From positions 1 to 64,000 of the forward strand of contig JBCBUK010000010.1 of the NCBI GenBank assembly GCA_039818205.1: DNA of 64,000 nt, written 5' to 3'. The notes beneath the pieces were generated by a model, which saw only the letters and a program-made list of their open reading frames with translations, searched no databases and had not been told where the DNA came from. Position 1 is the stretch's first letter, and every line of letters starts with the position of its first letter. Of this stretch, positions 48,892 through 60,218 are shown piece by piece. The stretch is from Verrucomicrobiota bacterium (GTDB lineage Bacteria > Verrucomicrobiota > Verrucomicrobiia > Opitutales > Cerasicoccaceae). The translations under genes were made by a program, and so were the position numbers.

Positions 48892-48906
48892 GCAAGCAAA
48901 GTTCCA
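48892..48906 (-). promoter_or_regulatory. sigma54-like promoter
   Basis: Minus strand TGGAACT-TTGC-TTGC(T), GG-N10-GC, about 35 nt upstream of the peptidase ATG. Confidence 0.5.
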
Positions 48907-49041
48907 ATGCTTCCATTTGAAAACGAATGCGCGTAGCGGCAGGAATCAAGCGGCATGCGTCGATTCTTTAGTTTGGCAACGTGTTGGTTTCTCCGTGCCA
49001 ATAGGTCTCAGAGGGTTGAAGGATTGAGTCAAGGTGTCACG

Positions 49042-49632
49042 TTAGTCCGCGAGAACGATATCGCCGTTATCCATGCTGGCAATGGCGACGAGTGATTCGA
49101 CCGGGACCTCGGGGAAACCGTGGTCCCGGAGAAAAGCGCGTCCGCCTTCGAAGGATTTTTCCATGACGCATCCTAGGCCAACGGGAATGGCAGCTGCCTC
49201 ATGTACCAGTTGGAAGAGGGCGCTGGAAGTTTCACCGCGGGCAAGAAAATCATCAACGACGAGTACGCGGTCTCCGGCTTTCAGAAACTCAGCCGCGACA
49301 ACGAGCTCATTGGTTCCCCCCTTGGTCCGACTCGCGGCTTCCGCCAAATAGACAGGGCCGGACATCGTTGCTGGGCGGCTCTTGCGGGCGTAGACCACCG
49401 GCACCTTGAGCGCGAGGCCGGTCATGATCGCTGGGGCGATGCCCGAGATCTCAGCAGTTAGAATTCGGGTGACTCCCTGTTCGGCGAAGCGCCGGGCAAA
49501 TTCCTGGCCGATTGCTTCCATGACCTCGGGCAGTAACTGATGGTTGAGCAGGGCATCGACCTTAAGGATGCCGTGGCCCAGGTTGCGTCCCTGGTTCGAT
49601 ACATAATCCCTGAGGTAGGAAACAATGTCCAT
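49042..49632 (-). CDS. xpt: Xanthine phosphoribosyltransferase
   Basis: ILKVDALLNHQ, ILTAEISGIAPA, YARK, VLVVDDFLARG, EKSFEGGR. Confidence 0.93.
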   Translation of the reverse strand: MDIVSYLRDYVSNQGRNLGHGILKVDALLNHQLLPEVMEAIGQEFARRFAEQGVTRILTAEISGIAPAIMTGLALKVPVVYARKSRPATMSGPVYLAEAASRTKGGTNELVVAAEFLKAGDRVLVVDDFLARGETSSALFQLVHEAAAIPVGLGCVMEKSFEGGRAFLRDHGFPEVPVESLVAIASMDNGDIVLAD

Positions 49633-49652
49633 TGCCGGAGATTTCTTTCTGG

Positions 49653-51779
49653 TTACAGGAGCCCTGCGCGGCGTAGCAGTGCGTCTGAGTCCGGATCCCG
49701 TCCCATAAAGTCATGAAACAGTTTTTCGGGGGGCTCGCTATTGCCTTTCTCGAGGATGGTCTTGCGGTAGGCAAAGCCGGTGTCACGGCTCAGGATCCCT
49801 TCAGCCTTAAAGCGGGTAAATGCATCGGCTTCGAGGGCTTCGGCCCACTTGTAAGAGTAATAGCCACAGGCGTAACCGACTGGGCCAGAAAACAGATGGC
49901 TAAACTGGCGAATGATCGAACGCGGTTTCGTTTTGTACGGGGCGACATAGCCTTGAAGGATCTTGTCGATCAGCTCATCCAGATCTTGATCGCTTGCGTC
50001 GTTCACATGGTTGATATGGAGCTCCAGATCCATCTTGCCCAGGGAGAGCTGGCGCATCGTGGCGCAACCTTGCATGTAGTTGCGGGCATCGATCATCTTC
50101 TTGAACAGGTCGTCAGGAATGGTTGCGTCGGTCTCGTAATGGCGGGCGAAAAGGTCCAGCGCTTCGCGTTCCCAGCACCAATTTTCCATGATCTGAGAGG
50201 GAAGCTCCACGAAATCCCACGCCACGTTGGTCCCGTTAAGTGAGCGAACGTCGACGTGGCCGAGCAGGTGGTGGATTAGATGGCCGAACTCGTGGAAGAT
50301 CGTTTCGACGTCGCGGTGCGTCATGAGTGCGGGTTTCTCCTTGGTTGGTTTGGAGAGGTTGCCTGCCATCAAACCAAGGTGAGGCGTGAAGCCGCCGGAG
50401 CCATCGGGGCCACCCGTGCGGAGTGAGTTCATCCATGCGCCGGAACGCTTGCTTTCGCGTGGAAACCAATCGGCATAGAAGGAGCCCAAATGGGTGTCAT
50501 CGGCGTCGAGGAGGTCATAGAAGCGGACCTCTGGGTGCCAGACCTCAACGGGATCATTGTCGCCGGGTTCTTCGGTCCGGGTAGATTCGCCACTCTCGGG
50601 ATCGATGTAGATCGTGCTGCGATTGGTAATCTTAATACCGAAGAGGCGCTCGGTGAGAGAGAAGAGACCGTCGATCACGTGGTGGATCGGGAAGTAGGGG
50701 CGCAGTTCCTCTTCGTCGAAAGCAAACGCTTCCTGGCGGCGTTTCTCGGCCCAGAAGCCAAACTCCCAAGGCTCCAGGAGTTCATTGGCATCGCCACCGG
50801 TTTTCGAGGCCTTGAATGCACGCAAGGTTTGGTGCTCTTCCTGGAAGGCTTTCTCAACCTTGTCGTGTAGGCTGCCCACGAAACCCAAGGCGTTTGCGCC
50901 ACTTTTTGCCATGCGGCGGGCGAGAGTCAGGTCGGCGAAGTCCTTACGGCCCAGCAGTTCAGCCTTCTTCTGGCGAAGTTGCAAAATCTTGGCAATCAAC
51001 GGGCTATTGTCGTGGGGCTCTTGGCTGGCTGTCTTGGAAGAGGCGATCCAGACATCGCGGCGAAGCGCATCACTCTCAGCATAGCGGAGAACGGGCATCA
51101 TCGATGGCGCATGCAAGTTGAACCGCCACTTCGGGGCCTCGTCGGTGCCGTGGCCTTTGGCATGTGCATCCTCGTGAGCCATGGTCAAGGCACTCTCGGG
51201 CAGACCAGCGAGCTTGGATTCGTCTTCAATGATCAATTCCCAGGCGTTGGTCGAATCCAGGACGTTCTCAGAAAATTTTTGAGTAATCTGCGAGAGCTCC
51301 CGATTGATGGCTTCGAGTTCCTTTTTGGGCTCAGGGGGAAGGTCGGCACCGCTCTCTTCAAAGTCCTGCTTGGTTTCCTCGACCAAGCGCGCGTAAGTGC
51401 CCTCCAGTGTGAGCGTCTCTGGCTTTTCGGCGACAGCTTTCAGGACCGACCACAGTTTCTCATTGAGAGGAATCCGGGTGTAGAACTCACTGACTTTGGG
51501 AAGCATGGCGTTGTAGGCCTCCCGCAGGGTGGTGTTTTCACACACGCTCGTGAGGTGATCGGCGTAGCTCCAGGCGCGGCCGAGATCTTCGGTTGCATTT
51601 TCCAGCGCGAGAAAGGTGGATTCGAAGGTGGCTTGATCTGGATTCTGCTCCGAAATCGCATCGATTCTGGCTTGAGCCTCGTCGATGGCCTGAGAAATGT
51701 CCCGATCGATGTGCTGCGGGCGCAGTCGACTCCAAGGAACGTGAAAAGCGGGGTCTAAGAAAGGGTTGGTGTCACTCAT
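49653..51779 (-). CDS. prlC: M3 family oligopeptidase A
   Basis: FHEFGHLIH (HExxH), WDFVELPSQIMENW, GYYSYKWAE, FMGRDP. Confidence 0.93.
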   Translation of the reverse strand: MSDTNPFLDPAFHVPWSRLRPQHIDRDISQAIDEAQARIDAISEQNPDQATFESTFLALENATEDLGRAWSYADHLTSVCENTTLREAYNAMLPKVSEFYTRIPLNEKLWSVLKAVAEKPETLTLEGTYARLVEETKQDFEESGADLPPEPKKELEAINRELSQITQKFSENVLDSTNAWELIIEDESKLAGLPESALTMAHEDAHAKGHGTDEAPKWRFNLHAPSMMPVLRYAESDALRRDVWIASSKTASQEPHDNSPLIAKILQLRQKKAELLGRKDFADLTLARRMAKSGANALGFVGSLHDKVEKAFQEEHQTLRAFKASKTGGDANELLEPWEFGFWAEKRRQEAFAFDEEELRPYFPIHHVIDGLFSLTERLFGIKITNRSTIYIDPESGESTRTEEPGDNDPVEVWHPEVRFYDLLDADDTHLGSFYADWFPRESKRSGAWMNSLRTGGPDGSGGFTPHLGLMAGNLSKPTKEKPALMTHRDVETIFHEFGHLIHHLLGHVDVRSLNGTNVAWDFVELPSQIMENWCWEREALDLFARHYETDATIPDDLFKKMIDARNYMQGCATMRQLSLGKMDLELHINHVNDASDQDLDELIDKILQGYVAPYKTKPRSIIRQFSHLFSGPVGYACGYYSYKWAEALEADAFTRFKAEGILSRDTGFAYRKTILEKGNSEPPEKLFHDFMGRDPDSDALLRRAGLL

Positions 51780-51911
51780 CGGCTTAAAGACATCACGCCT
51801 CATCGCTAAGTCAACCGCCTATCCCGCTTTGGTTTGTTGGGTCGTTAATAAACGGAACATTATGTGTGAAATTGTCTTTGCTTTCTTTGGCGGGATGCTT
51901 TGGCATGATCG

Positions 51912-52910
51912 GTGATGGAGATCAACGCTTTGCGTTACCACGAGCACGGCAAACCCGCCGACGTGCTGAGGCTCGAATCCCTGGACTTGGCTGCGCCCGG
52001 TCCGGGTGAGGCTGTCGTTGCCCTGCGAGCAGCGGTGCTGCACCCGTCTGACCTGGGCATGATTGGGGGCGTGTATGGACGTCTGCGCGAACTACCAGCG
52101 GTCGCTGGCCGAGAAGGCGTTGGCGAGGTCCTGGCGATCGGTCCCGGCGTCTCGGGCCTGCGGGTGGGAGATCGAGTCCGCATGCCCGAAGATTCAGTTT
52201 TAGTTGATGCCTGCTTGGCCTCTGCTGAGGATCTGGATTTGGTTCCGGCGGAGTTGCCGATTGATCAGGCCGCGATGGCATTTATTAACCCGCCGACGGC
52301 CTATCGGTTACTCGAAGATTTTGTTGCCCTGGAATCGGGTGACTGGCTGATCCAAAATGCCGCTAATAGTGCCGTTGGCCAGTGCGTTATTTCGCTGGCG
52401 CGAGAACGTGGCGTAAGGACCATTAACCTGGTTCGGGATGTCACCAAGTGGAGTGATCGCCTCAAGGGCTTGGGGGCAGACCTGGTCCTGGCCGATAGCT
52501 CAGATTTCTTTAAGGAGATTCCTGAGCTCACTGGTGGGGCGAAAGCCAAGCTCGGGCTGAACTCGATTGGTGGAGACAGTGTCATCAAGATTATCCGCTG
52601 CATGGCGGAAAGCGGTGTCGTCGTGACCTTTGGCGGTATGGTGGGGGATAAGGTGCGGTTTCCAACGCGCAATCTCATATTTGATGACGTGAGCCTGCGG
52701 GGCTTTTGGATGGATCGATGGTCGCGAGTTCATGACCGCGCTGAGCGCCAGCAAATGCAGCAAGCCGTGTTTGAACTTCTTGCCCGAGGCGTTGTCGAAA
52801 TGGATGTCGCCGCCCGATTCCCGTTGTCGGAAGGTATTAATGCTTTTGCTGTAGCGAGCGAGTCTTCCCGCGATGGGAAGATAATCGTGACAGGAGACTA
52901 TTGTGGATAA
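51912..52910 (+). CDS. MDR-family NADPH-dependent oxidoreductase (2-enoyl thioester reductase-like)
   Basis: HPSDL...G.Y, GREGVGEV, INPPTAY, QNAANSAVG, LRGFW. Confidence 0.9.
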   Translation: MMEINALRYHEHGKPADVLRLESLDLAAPGPGEAVVALRAAVLHPSDLGMIGGVYGRLRELPAVAGREGVGEVLAIGPGVSGLRVGDRVRMPEDSVLVDACLASAEDLDLVPAELPIDQAAMAFINPPTAYRLLEDFVALESGDWLIQNAANSAVGQCVISLARERGVRTINLVRDVTKWSDRLKGLGADLVLADSSDFFKEIPELTGGAKAKLGLNSIGGDSVIKIIRCMAESGVVVTFGGMVGDKVRFPTRNLIFDDVSLRGFWMDRWSRVHDRAERQQMQQAVFELLARGVVEMDVAARFPLSEGINAFAVASESSRDGKIIVTGDYCG

Positions 52911-52938
52911 CTTTGTAATGCAGAGTAATGTTTGAGAT

Positions 52939-55443
52939 ATGAGCGCCGGTCCCGCTTTACAGACATTTGTGATAGATCCAGACGCAACGCCGTTGCGCCT
53001 ACGCCTGTTGCTGCCTCCAAATCTGCCGCAGTGCGCGCCGCGGGATCGCATCCCGGTCAAGGTGGAGGCCTGGGTCGATGGCGAAGTGCTTGCGCCGGAC
53101 CGACTGAAGGGCGGCACCTATTGGGCTGAACCGCCCTATTTGTTCGCGGCGCTGCTCCTGGAAACCTGGAATGGTGGACGGCTTCCCGCGATGATGCAAT
53201 TGAGCCGGGACCAGATGAGTCAGTTGCTCCAACCCTTGACGGGCGAAAAAGCGGTATTCTCCTATCGTTCCCCGAAGCAGGCAATGGAGTGGGTTGATGG
53301 AAAACTGCCCGAGGTGCATCCGCATTTGACGATCACCAAAGAGCCCGAACCGAAGGAGGAAGAAGAGATACCGAAACCGCGCAAGGGCAAGGCACCGCCA
53401 CGACCCGAGGACCTGGGGTTGGCCCGAATGGTCGTGGATGGTTCGACTCATTTTTTAGCGATTACCCTGCCGTCGCGGGAGAGCTCGGTTTACGCGGAAG
53501 CGCTTGAGCTGGTGCAGGCCCATGGCTTTAGCCTCGAACCCTCGAACCGAAAGTGGTGGCTGCGTGATCGGCACAAGGCGCTCCAGTTTCTAGCGGAGCA
53601 TTGGTTGCGGTTGCGGAACCATTTTCGGGCGAAGTTTACCCCAAGTTTTCGCAAGCGGACCAAGAAGCTTCGCGAGCTGGAAGCCCGGGCCATTATTCAG
53701 GCTGATGGCGAAGACTTTTATACCGAAGTTGAGCTCTACGCTCCGGGCATTGATGCGCAGCAAATTGCGCAGGCCTTGAACAAAGGTCAGCCTTACTTGG
53801 AAACCCACCGCGGCGTTTTTCTCTTTGATAGCTCGAAGTTGAAGACGGTTGAGGAGGCGCAGCGACGGTTGACTGGGCAGGCCGATCGTATGCTCACCCC
53901 GCGGGCACGCCGGCGCGTCTCCAAAGAAGAAGCCATGGCGGTGGGGTCTGACCTGGAAGCCCTTGATGTCAAGATTGAGGCGCCGGAGGTTTGGCAACGC
54001 CGTAGCAATGCGCTCAAGGATTTGTCACTGCTGGAGGTCCCCCCCGTTGGTGAAGAGATCATCAAGCAACTTCGCCCCTACCAGGTGCTCGGAGCCGCGT
54101 GGCTTTGGCACCTCTACCGCAACAAGCTTGGGGGGATTTTGGCTGACGAAATGGGTCTGGGTAAAACACTGCAGGCCTTGATCTTATTGACCGCCGTGCA
54201 TGAGCAGACCAAGCAGCCTTGCCTCGTTGTTTGCCCGGCGGGTCTGGTTGAAAACTGGCGGCGGGAGTGTGCCAAGTTTACTCCAGACTTGAAAGTCTTT
54301 GCGCACCATCGCGAGAAGCGCCTGGAGGAAGGAGATCAAATAAATGACTACGGGATTATCATCACCTCGTATTCGACCCTGACCCGAGACGCCGAGATGT
54401 TTGAGACTGCGGAGTTTGCAATGGTCGTTGGTGATGAGGCGCAGCACGTGAAGAATCGCCAGACCCAAAATGCCAAGACTCTACGCAGCCTATATGCCGA
54501 GCGACGTTTTCTGCTGACCGGTACGCCGGTCGAGAATTCGCTGGAAGACCTACACTCGTTGTTCGATTTCATTATGCCGGGCTACTTAATTGATGCACCG
54601 GGCGGACTGACTTTGCAGCAGCGAGAATGGCACTCGAAGCGACTCCGTGAACGAGCAGCCCCCTATATTCTCCGCCGCTCCAAGCAAGAAGTTGCGCCAG
54701 AGTTGCCGGAGAAAATCGAACAGGTTCTTTACTGTGAGTTCGATGATGACCAGGAAGCACTCTACAAAAAGTATGAGGAGGATGCCCGCCGCGAGGTCTT
54801 TGAGCTCGAGATGTCGAATGCCTCCGAGGGTAAGTTACGTATGGCAGCATTCCAGCAGTTGTTGAAATTGCGTCAGTTGTGTATCGATCCCCGGCTTGCG
54901 GATAAGGAGGGCAAGGATCCCGTTTCGTCGGCCAAACTCGAAGCCTTCCTGGAGCTACTCGAGGAATCGCTGGATGGCGGACACCGCTTGCTCGTGTTCT
55001 CGCAGTTTACCTCGGCGCTCGCCTTGCTGAAGCAGGAGCTCGACGCACGTGCGGTTAAGTATTTTTACCTCGATGGCCAAACTCCGAAGCGAGCCACATT
55101 GTGTGAGAAGTTTAACAATGATGAGTCGGTTCCGGTTTTCCTGATCTCGCTGAAAGCCGGTGGCACGGGCTTGAACCTGACCGGGGCCGATACCGTGGTG
55201 CACTACGACCCATGGTGGAACCCGGCGGTGGAAGCGCAGGCAACAGACCGGGCGCACCGGATTGGCCAGGAGCGCAAGGTCACAAGCTACAAGCTGATCG
55301 TGAGCAACTCTGTCGAGGAGCGAGTGCTTTCGATGCAGCGTCAGAAGGCTGCATTGCTCAAGGATTTGTTTGAGGCCAGTGAGGCGGCTAATGCGAAGAT
55401 AAAGTTTGCCGACCTTAAAGCACTGCTGGAAGAACCGGAATAA
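52939..55443 (+). CDS. SNF2-family helicase/ATPase
   Basis: [56 protein letters not shown]. Confidence 0.95.
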   Translation: MSAGPALQTFVIDPDATPLRLRLLLPPNLPQCAPRDRIPVKVEAWVDGEVLAPDRLKGGTYWAEPPYLFAALLLETWNGGRLPAMMQLSRDQMSQLLQPLTGEKAVFSYRSPKQAMEWVDGKLPEVHPHLTITKEPEPKEEEEIPKPRKGKAPPRPEDLGLARMVVDGSTHFLAITLPSRESSVYAEALELVQAHGFSLEPSNRKWWLRDRHKALQFLAEHWLRLRNHFRAKFTPSFRKRTKKLRELEARAIIQADGEDFYTEVELYAPGIDAQQIAQALNKGQPYLETHRGVFLFDSSKLKTVEEAQRRLTGQADRMLTPRARRRVSKEEAMAVGSDLEALDVKIEAPEVWQRRSNALKDLSLLEVPPVGEEIIKQLRPYQVLGAAWLWHLYRNKLGGILADEMGLGKTLQALILLTAVHEQTKQPCLVVCPAGLVENWRRECAKFTPDLKVFAHHREKRLEEGDQINDYGIIITSYSTLTRDAEMFETAEFAMVVGDEAQHVKNRQTQNAKTLRSLYAERRFLLTGTPVENSLEDLHSLFDFIMPGYLIDAPGGLTLQQREWHSKRLRERAAPYILRRSKQEVAPELPEKIEQVLYCEFDDDQEALYKKYEEDARREVFELEMSNASEGKLRMAAFQQLLKLRQLCIDPRLADKEGKDPVSSAKLEAFLELLEESLDGGHRLLVFSQFTSALALLKQELDARAVKYFYLDGQTPKRATLCEKFNNDESVPVFLISLKAGGTGLNLTGADTVVHYDPWWNPAVEAQATDRAHRIGQERKVTSYKLIVSNSVEERVLSMQRQKAALLKDLFEASEAANAKIKFADLKALLEEPE

Positions 55444-55531
55444 ACTTTGCTAAACAAAGTTTATCGGGAACATTGCGAATTAATTGGTGTTTACTTTGTG
55501 AAGCAAAGTAATTCTGAACCACCGACTGATT

Positions 55532-57892
55532 ATGAACAAAGGCGATAAGGGACTGGGATCCCGCTCTGTAGTTTTCTCGCGTTTTGCCTCCGGCACGATG
55601 CTGCTATTTGGGGTCATTCTACCCGTTATCACGCTGGGATTTGAGCTGGCGACTCAAGGCTGTGCCGATCTGCTGTTTGATCCGATCCCGACCTATATAC
55701 ATGTCTTGCTTGTCGCGTTGGTCCCGATATCAAACCTGCTCATCCTGTGGGTAACTTGGTCGGTCGGGCAAGGCACTCAGAAGCGATGGATGCGGGCATT
55801 GAGCGGTGCTTCAATTTTCGTAAGCGGGCTCTATACCGTGGCATTTTTGCCAGTTACTCACGTTGCGGCGATCGGAGTCCTTTATTTTGGGTTCGGGTTA
55901 ATTCCGTTAACTCCGTTGATTTCCTTCGTGGTGTGCCTGTTCCTTTGGCGGCGATTGCGCCGGTGGCGAGCGTTGAATGATGAGGAGGAGCAACCGAATC
56001 GATTCTTCTCGTCGGGGATTGTGGGGGCGATTGGCGCATTCGCTTTGCTGGGGCTGCTTGAGATGCCTCGGGTTGCGACGATTTACGGTGTTCGGCAGGC
56101 AACATCTAACAGCGAGAGTGCGGGCGAACGGGGAATATGGCTGCTTCGGTTGATGGGTGACCGCGAGATGCTGTTGGACGATGCGATGGGCCAGAGTCAA
56201 CGCATTTGGTTCCGTTGGGGTGATACCTGGGGAGGTCGCGAGCAGGCGAGGCGACTCTATTACCGAGTCACTGGTGAGCCCTTCAATAGTCGACCGCTGC
56301 AAGAGCGTGGTTTATTTGATCCGTTCAGTGCGCGCTCTTGGGACCAGGATTTGGGTGGTACCCAGGTCGGCCAACGATTGGACGATGTCTACCTCATCGA
56401 GTCCCGCCTCGGCGGCGTTCTCTATCCAGAAGAAGGATCAGGCTATGTGGAGTGGACAATGGTTTTTCGTAACGACAACAGCGGCCTCGACCGTGAGGCG
56501 CGCTTCGTGTTGCGCCCGCCAAAAGATGGAGTGGTTTCGCGGGTTACGCTTTGGGTAAACGGCGAGCCACGCGAAGCCGCATTCGACAATACCTTCAAGG
56601 TTCGCGAGGCCTATCAAGAGGTCGCAGTCAGGCAACGCCTCGATCCCTTGTTGGTAACGTCTCTGGGACCAGATCTGGTCCTCGTTCAATGCTTTCCGAT
56701 CCCACCTGCCAGCGGTGAGATGAAGATTCGCATCGGGATGAGTTTTCCGTTGAACCCGGCCGAGCCCGAATGGCAAAGCGCTCCGCTACCCATGATCGCG
56801 GACCAGAACTTTCGGTTGGAACCCGGGTTGCAGCACTCACTTTGGTATGAATCCGAGGGGACGATGAAAATGAAGCACCCATGGCTCGCGCGCGCCAAGG
56901 GTCTTCAATCGGAATCGGATCTACGTTTGCTGCTGGACGACGATGAATATCGGGATTCGGCGGGAATTGCTGTTTTGGGGGAGCACATTCGCCCGCTCCT
57001 GGGATACTCGCCAGTCAATGAGCAGTACTATCTAGTCGAACGCACGCCTCAGGAGCAATCTAGCGATTCGGCCGTGTTTGCAGTCGTTGATGGATCCGCT
57101 GATATGGCGGAGCATGCTGAGCGCATTGGCAAATGGTTGTCGAGATTTCCCGAGGCAACGGTTTGGTTTGCGGGAGATCGTGTTGAAAAGATTACCGGGG
57201 CGGGTGCGGACGTTGCCGAGCAGCTTGCAAGGAGCAGTTTTAAGGGGGGGCAGGATAGCGTCCCGGCACTTAGTCAGGCCTTGAGTGAAACCATCCGGCG
57301 TGGAGACGAGAGCAATACAGTGCTTCATTGGTTCTACGGTGACCAGCCGGTATTGCTTTCGAGTCCCGATCAGATCAGCCAATACTATGAGCGTGGGAAT
57401 CCCGGGGTTACGATTGTTGCCTGTCCGATGTGGGTCGTGGTCAATCGCCTGCGCGAGCGACCACCCTTGGAGTACGCAGCAACTGGGTATGGTTCTAACT
57501 TTGCTTGGCAAAGTTGGACTGCTACACCGATCGGGCTCGAGCAGCAGGGCACTAAGATCGGTCAAGCCCATCTATTTCGAGCGGCTTTTGCGAGAGAGCT
57601 ACGACAGGATCTCCTGACCATGCTGGAAAACCAAGGGCGATTCAATCGGGGGGATTACCAAGAGCAGATGAAAGCATTTGCCAAGGAGGCCTCTGAGCTA
57701 CAGTTGGTGACCCTAGTGACGGGAGCGGTCGTGCTTGAGACAGCGCAACAGTACGAGGACAATGACTTGGAGCCGGTGGATCCTGATACGGTTCCGAGCG
57801 TGCCGGAACCGGCGCAAGCAGCTTTGATCATGGGGCTCGTTATGTTTGGTGCCCTGGCCGTTTTAAAAATACGTCGTCGCCGTGCGCGCTAA
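55532..57892 (+). CDS. Integral-membrane VIT-domain protein with a PEP-CTERM tail
   Basis: About 5 N-terminal TMs; VIT-like EWTMVFRN...EARF...VSRVTLWVNGEPREAAF...AY....DPLLV; vWA-like VVDGS; C-terminal VPEP + TM + RRRRAR. Confidence 0.85.
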   Translation: MNKGDKGLGSRSVVFSRFASGTMLLFGVILPVITLGFELATQGCADLLFDPIPTYIHVLLVALVPISNLLILWVTWSVGQGTQKRWMRALSGASIFVSGLYTVAFLPVTHVAAIGVLYFGFGLIPLTPLISFVVCLFLWRRLRRWRALNDEEEQPNRFFSSGIVGAIGAFALLGLLEMPRVATIYGVRQATSNSESAGERGIWLLRLMGDREMLLDDAMGQSQRIWFRWGDTWGGREQARRLYYRVTGEPFNSRPLQERGLFDPFSARSWDQDLGGTQVGQRLDDVYLIESRLGGVLYPEEGSGYVEWTMVFRNDNSGLDREARFVLRPPKDGVVSRVTLWVNGEPREAAFDNTFKVREAYQEVAVRQRLDPLLVTSLGPDLVLVQCFPIPPASGEMKIRIGMSFPLNPAEPEWQSAPLPMIADQNFRLEPGLQHSLWYESEGTMKMKHPWLARAKGLQSESDLRLLLDDDEYRDSAGIAVLGEHIRPLLGYSPVNEQYYLVERTPQEQSSDSAVFAVVDGSADMAEHAERIGKWLSRFPEATVWFAGDRVEKITGAGADVAEQLARSSFKGGQDSVPALSQALSETIRRGDESNTVLHWFYGDQPVLLSSPDQISQYYERGNPGVTIVACPMWVVVNRLRERPPLEYAATGYGSNFAWQSWTATPIGLEQQGTKIGQAHLFRAAFARELRQDLLTMLENQGRFNRGDYQEQMKAFAKEASELQLVTLVTGAVVLETAQQYEDNDLEPVDPDTVPSVPEPAQAALIMGLVMFGALAVLKIRRRRAR

Positions 57893-59376
57893 AGCAGGGG
57901 GCTGGCTAGGCGGACGATGTTCTCCAGGACGCGATTTCCGATCGGGCGCCGCGACCATTCGTCAAGAAACAACTCCTTAGCCTGGGAGATGTAGTGAAAC
58001 TGAGTGTAGCGTAGGTGCTCGGTAAAATCCCGGTTATAAACAAACAAGGTTACCTCGTGGTTGAGCCAAACGCTGCGCATGTCGAAATTAACGGACCCGA
58101 CTAAGCAGAACTCCTGATCGATCGTGATGGTCTTCGCGTGGAGTAATCCACCGGTAAACCGCATGATGCGCACTCCAACCTCGAGCAATGAATCATAGTG
58201 CGAACGTGAGGCATGGCGCACCAGCCACGAATCATTCTCCGCCGGAACGACCACAGTTACCTTCACCCCGCGTTTAGCCGCGGTGCGGAGTGCGGAATGC
58301 AGGGCGTCGTCGGGAACGAAATACGGGGTCGTGATGATTAACTCCTGGCGCGCACTGTAGATGGTTGAGAGTAGCAACTGATAAATGGCGTCCGGATAGA
58401 AGCCCGGCCCCGATGGAACCACCTGCACGTTTGCGTTACCATCGGCGGGTTGACGTTTCACGCCATTGTCTTCGTTAAGGTCGACCTGCCGCCCGCCGGT
58501 CTCCACATCCCAGTCTGCGAGAAAGGTGGTCGCGAGAACTTCGACGGCGGGGCCTTTGACTCGGACCATGAGATCGACCCATTGCCCGACACCGGCATCC
58601 TGCTTGAAATAGCGGGCATCAACCAGATTCAGGCTCCCCGTATAGGCGACGTTACCATCAATGACGACAATCTTGCGGTGCAGCCGTAAATCTTGCCGAC
58701 GAAAAACGGCCCGGAATACACCGGCCGGCAGCGCTTCAACAATGCGCAACCCGTCCTTGCGGGCACGCTCGCAGTTTTCGGATTTCAAGAAGGCGGCGCT
58801 ACCAACCGAGTCTAGAAGGATGCGGGTGCTGACTCCGCGTTTATGCGCTCGGATGACTGCTTCGAGCACCTCGTCGGCTAGGCCGCCGTTGTGCCAGATG
58901 TAGAACTCCATGTAGAGAGTTTCCTGGGCGCGGTCGATGTCTTCGATAAAGGCTTTGAGAACGCTGTCGCAATCGTCGAGGAGGTCCAGGTTGTTGCCGG
59001 GCAGGGTAGGGGTGCCTTCCGTTTGAGAGGCTAGCCGGTCCAAATACTTCGCGGCTTCCGGAGCGGTGTTCCAATCAACGGAAAAGCCATCGGCGAGTGA
59101 CGCGATCCAGGTTTTGTATGGGCCGATGAGCTCACGAATGCGTTTTTCGCGCCGAGTGCCAAGGCGCAGTTCGCCAAGCAGCAGGTAGAGGCCAACACCG
59201 AGGCAGGGGACGAGCAGCATCACGCTGACCCAGGCCAGCGTAGCACCCACGCTCTTGCGCGACATGATCACCCGGATACTGAAGGTAAGCGAGAGCACCC
59301 AATGGAAAAACAATGGGGTGAAGAACCAGAAACTGGTCTCCGATTCCAGTGCGGTCAGAGTGATGTAGGCGATCAC
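57889..59376 (-). CDS. cls: Cardiolipin synthase
   Basis: Two HKD motifs (HRKIVVIDG, HAKTITID), GSVNFDMRS, N-terminal TMs. Confidence 0.96.
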   Translation of the reverse strand: MIAYITLTALESETSFWFFTPLFFHWVLSLTFSIRVIMSRKSVGATLAWVSVMLLVPCLGVGLYLLLGELRLGTRREKRIRELIGPYKTWIASLADGFSVDWNTAPEAAKYLDRLASQTEGTPTLPGNNLDLLDDCDSVLKAFIEDIDRAQETLYMEFYIWHNGGLADEVLEAVIRAHKRGVSTRILLDSVGSAAFLKSENCERARKDGLRIVEALPAGVFRAVFRRQDLRLHRKIVVIDGNVAYTGSLNLVDARYFKQDAGVGQWVDLMVRVKGPAVEVLATTFLADWDVETGGRQVDLNEDNGVKRQPADGNANVQVVPSGPGFYPDAIYQLLLSTIYSARQELIITTPYFVPDDALHSALRTAAKRGVKVTVVVPAENDSWLVRHASRSHYDSLLEVGVRIMRFTGGLLHAKTITIDQEFCLVGSVNFDMRSVWLNHEVTLFVYNRDFTEHLRYTQFHYISQAKELFLDEWSRRPIGNRVLENIVRLASPLL

Positions 59377-59440
59377 CAGAAAATACTAAGCGCGCCAACC
59401 GCATAGTGGAAAGTTAATTCGGTAGATCCGCTAGCGCTCG

Positions 59441-60157
59441 TCAATACACGCCAATCGTCATTTCCATGGGCAGGCCGACGGCGTCGTATACGGGAGCGGC
59501 TGGAATGGCTTTCAGTTCCTTGGCTGACTTGGCCATGACGGCGAGAGCCATCGCATCAACAATATCATCGAGCGCGGCATCCTTGCGGTAGGTACTCGTC
59601 TTCGCGTAGGCAAAGAGATCGCGACTGTGTTCGTAATGGCGCTGTAGAACTTGCAGGCGGCCTTGAATGCCCGCCTTCTGTTTCTTGGAGACTCGAAGTG
59701 CCTTGCGGTTGTTCATGCAGGCAAAGGCGAGCTCGGGGTGAGCTTCGCGCGTGCGGTCGACGTAATTGCGGTTGTTGCGCAATACAATATCCAGCTCATG
59801 TATCTTGGGCGCTATGTTATAGCTCTGGAGGGAAATCTTCTTGCCGAGGATGAGCTTGCTGATTCGGCAGGCTTCCTCGTGGTTGGGCGCGGTGAGGGTG
59901 CGCCGCGGCGGTGGATCAAATACGCGGGATGTCATTCCCTTGCCGAGGAGTTTTCGGGCAATCGTGTCGCACTCGCGTACCGGATGCATGGTGTCGGGCA
60001 GGCCGATTGGCATATCGATCAAGAAAAGATCAGCTGATTCATGGGCAATCAGTGCCTCATAGACGGTGCCAAACAAACCGACAGAGCCATCTCCGTTGTC
60101 GCCGATGGCTACGGCGAGCCAACCAGCTTTACATCCATCTATTCCAATAACTTGCAT
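59441..60157 (-). CDS. DUF429 family protein (RNase H-like fold)
   Basis: IGIDGCKAGW, IDMPIGL, RECD..AR..LG, EAHPEL, DD..DA. Confidence 0.88.
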   Translation of the reverse strand: MQVIGIDGCKAGWLAVAIGDNGDGSVGLFGTVYEALIAHESADLFLIDMPIGLPDTMHPVRECDTIARKLLGKGMTSRVFDPPPRRTLTAPNHEEACRISKLILGKKISLQSYNIAPKIHELDIVLRNNRNYVDRTREAHPELAFACMNNRKALRVSKKQKAGIQGRLQVLQRHYEHSRDLFAYAKTSTYRKDAALDDIVDAMALAVMAKSAKELKAIPAAPVYDAVGLPMEMTIGVY

Positions 60158-60218
60158 CCTGCATTGACGTGGCACGCCACCACGAATTGGATTATAGCAT
60201 ATCAAGTACATTTTCCAG

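Noticed and set aside
52902..52910. Perfect DnaA box overlapping the MDR gene stop, just upstream of the SNF2 gene
   Set aside because: A single box with no cluster or AT-rich unwinding element. A regulatory role cannot be excluded, but nothing supports it.
52939..55443. SNF2 helicase (with nearby DUF429) as an anti-phage defence system
   Set aside because: No methylase, nuclease partner or island signature; the context is housekeeping, and the PLD gene nearby is a standard cardiolipin synthase.
60170..60184. TGGCACG upstream of purE (similar half-sites near 48994-49000 and 51901)
   Set aside because: No GC at the -12 position, so not called as sigma54 promoters.
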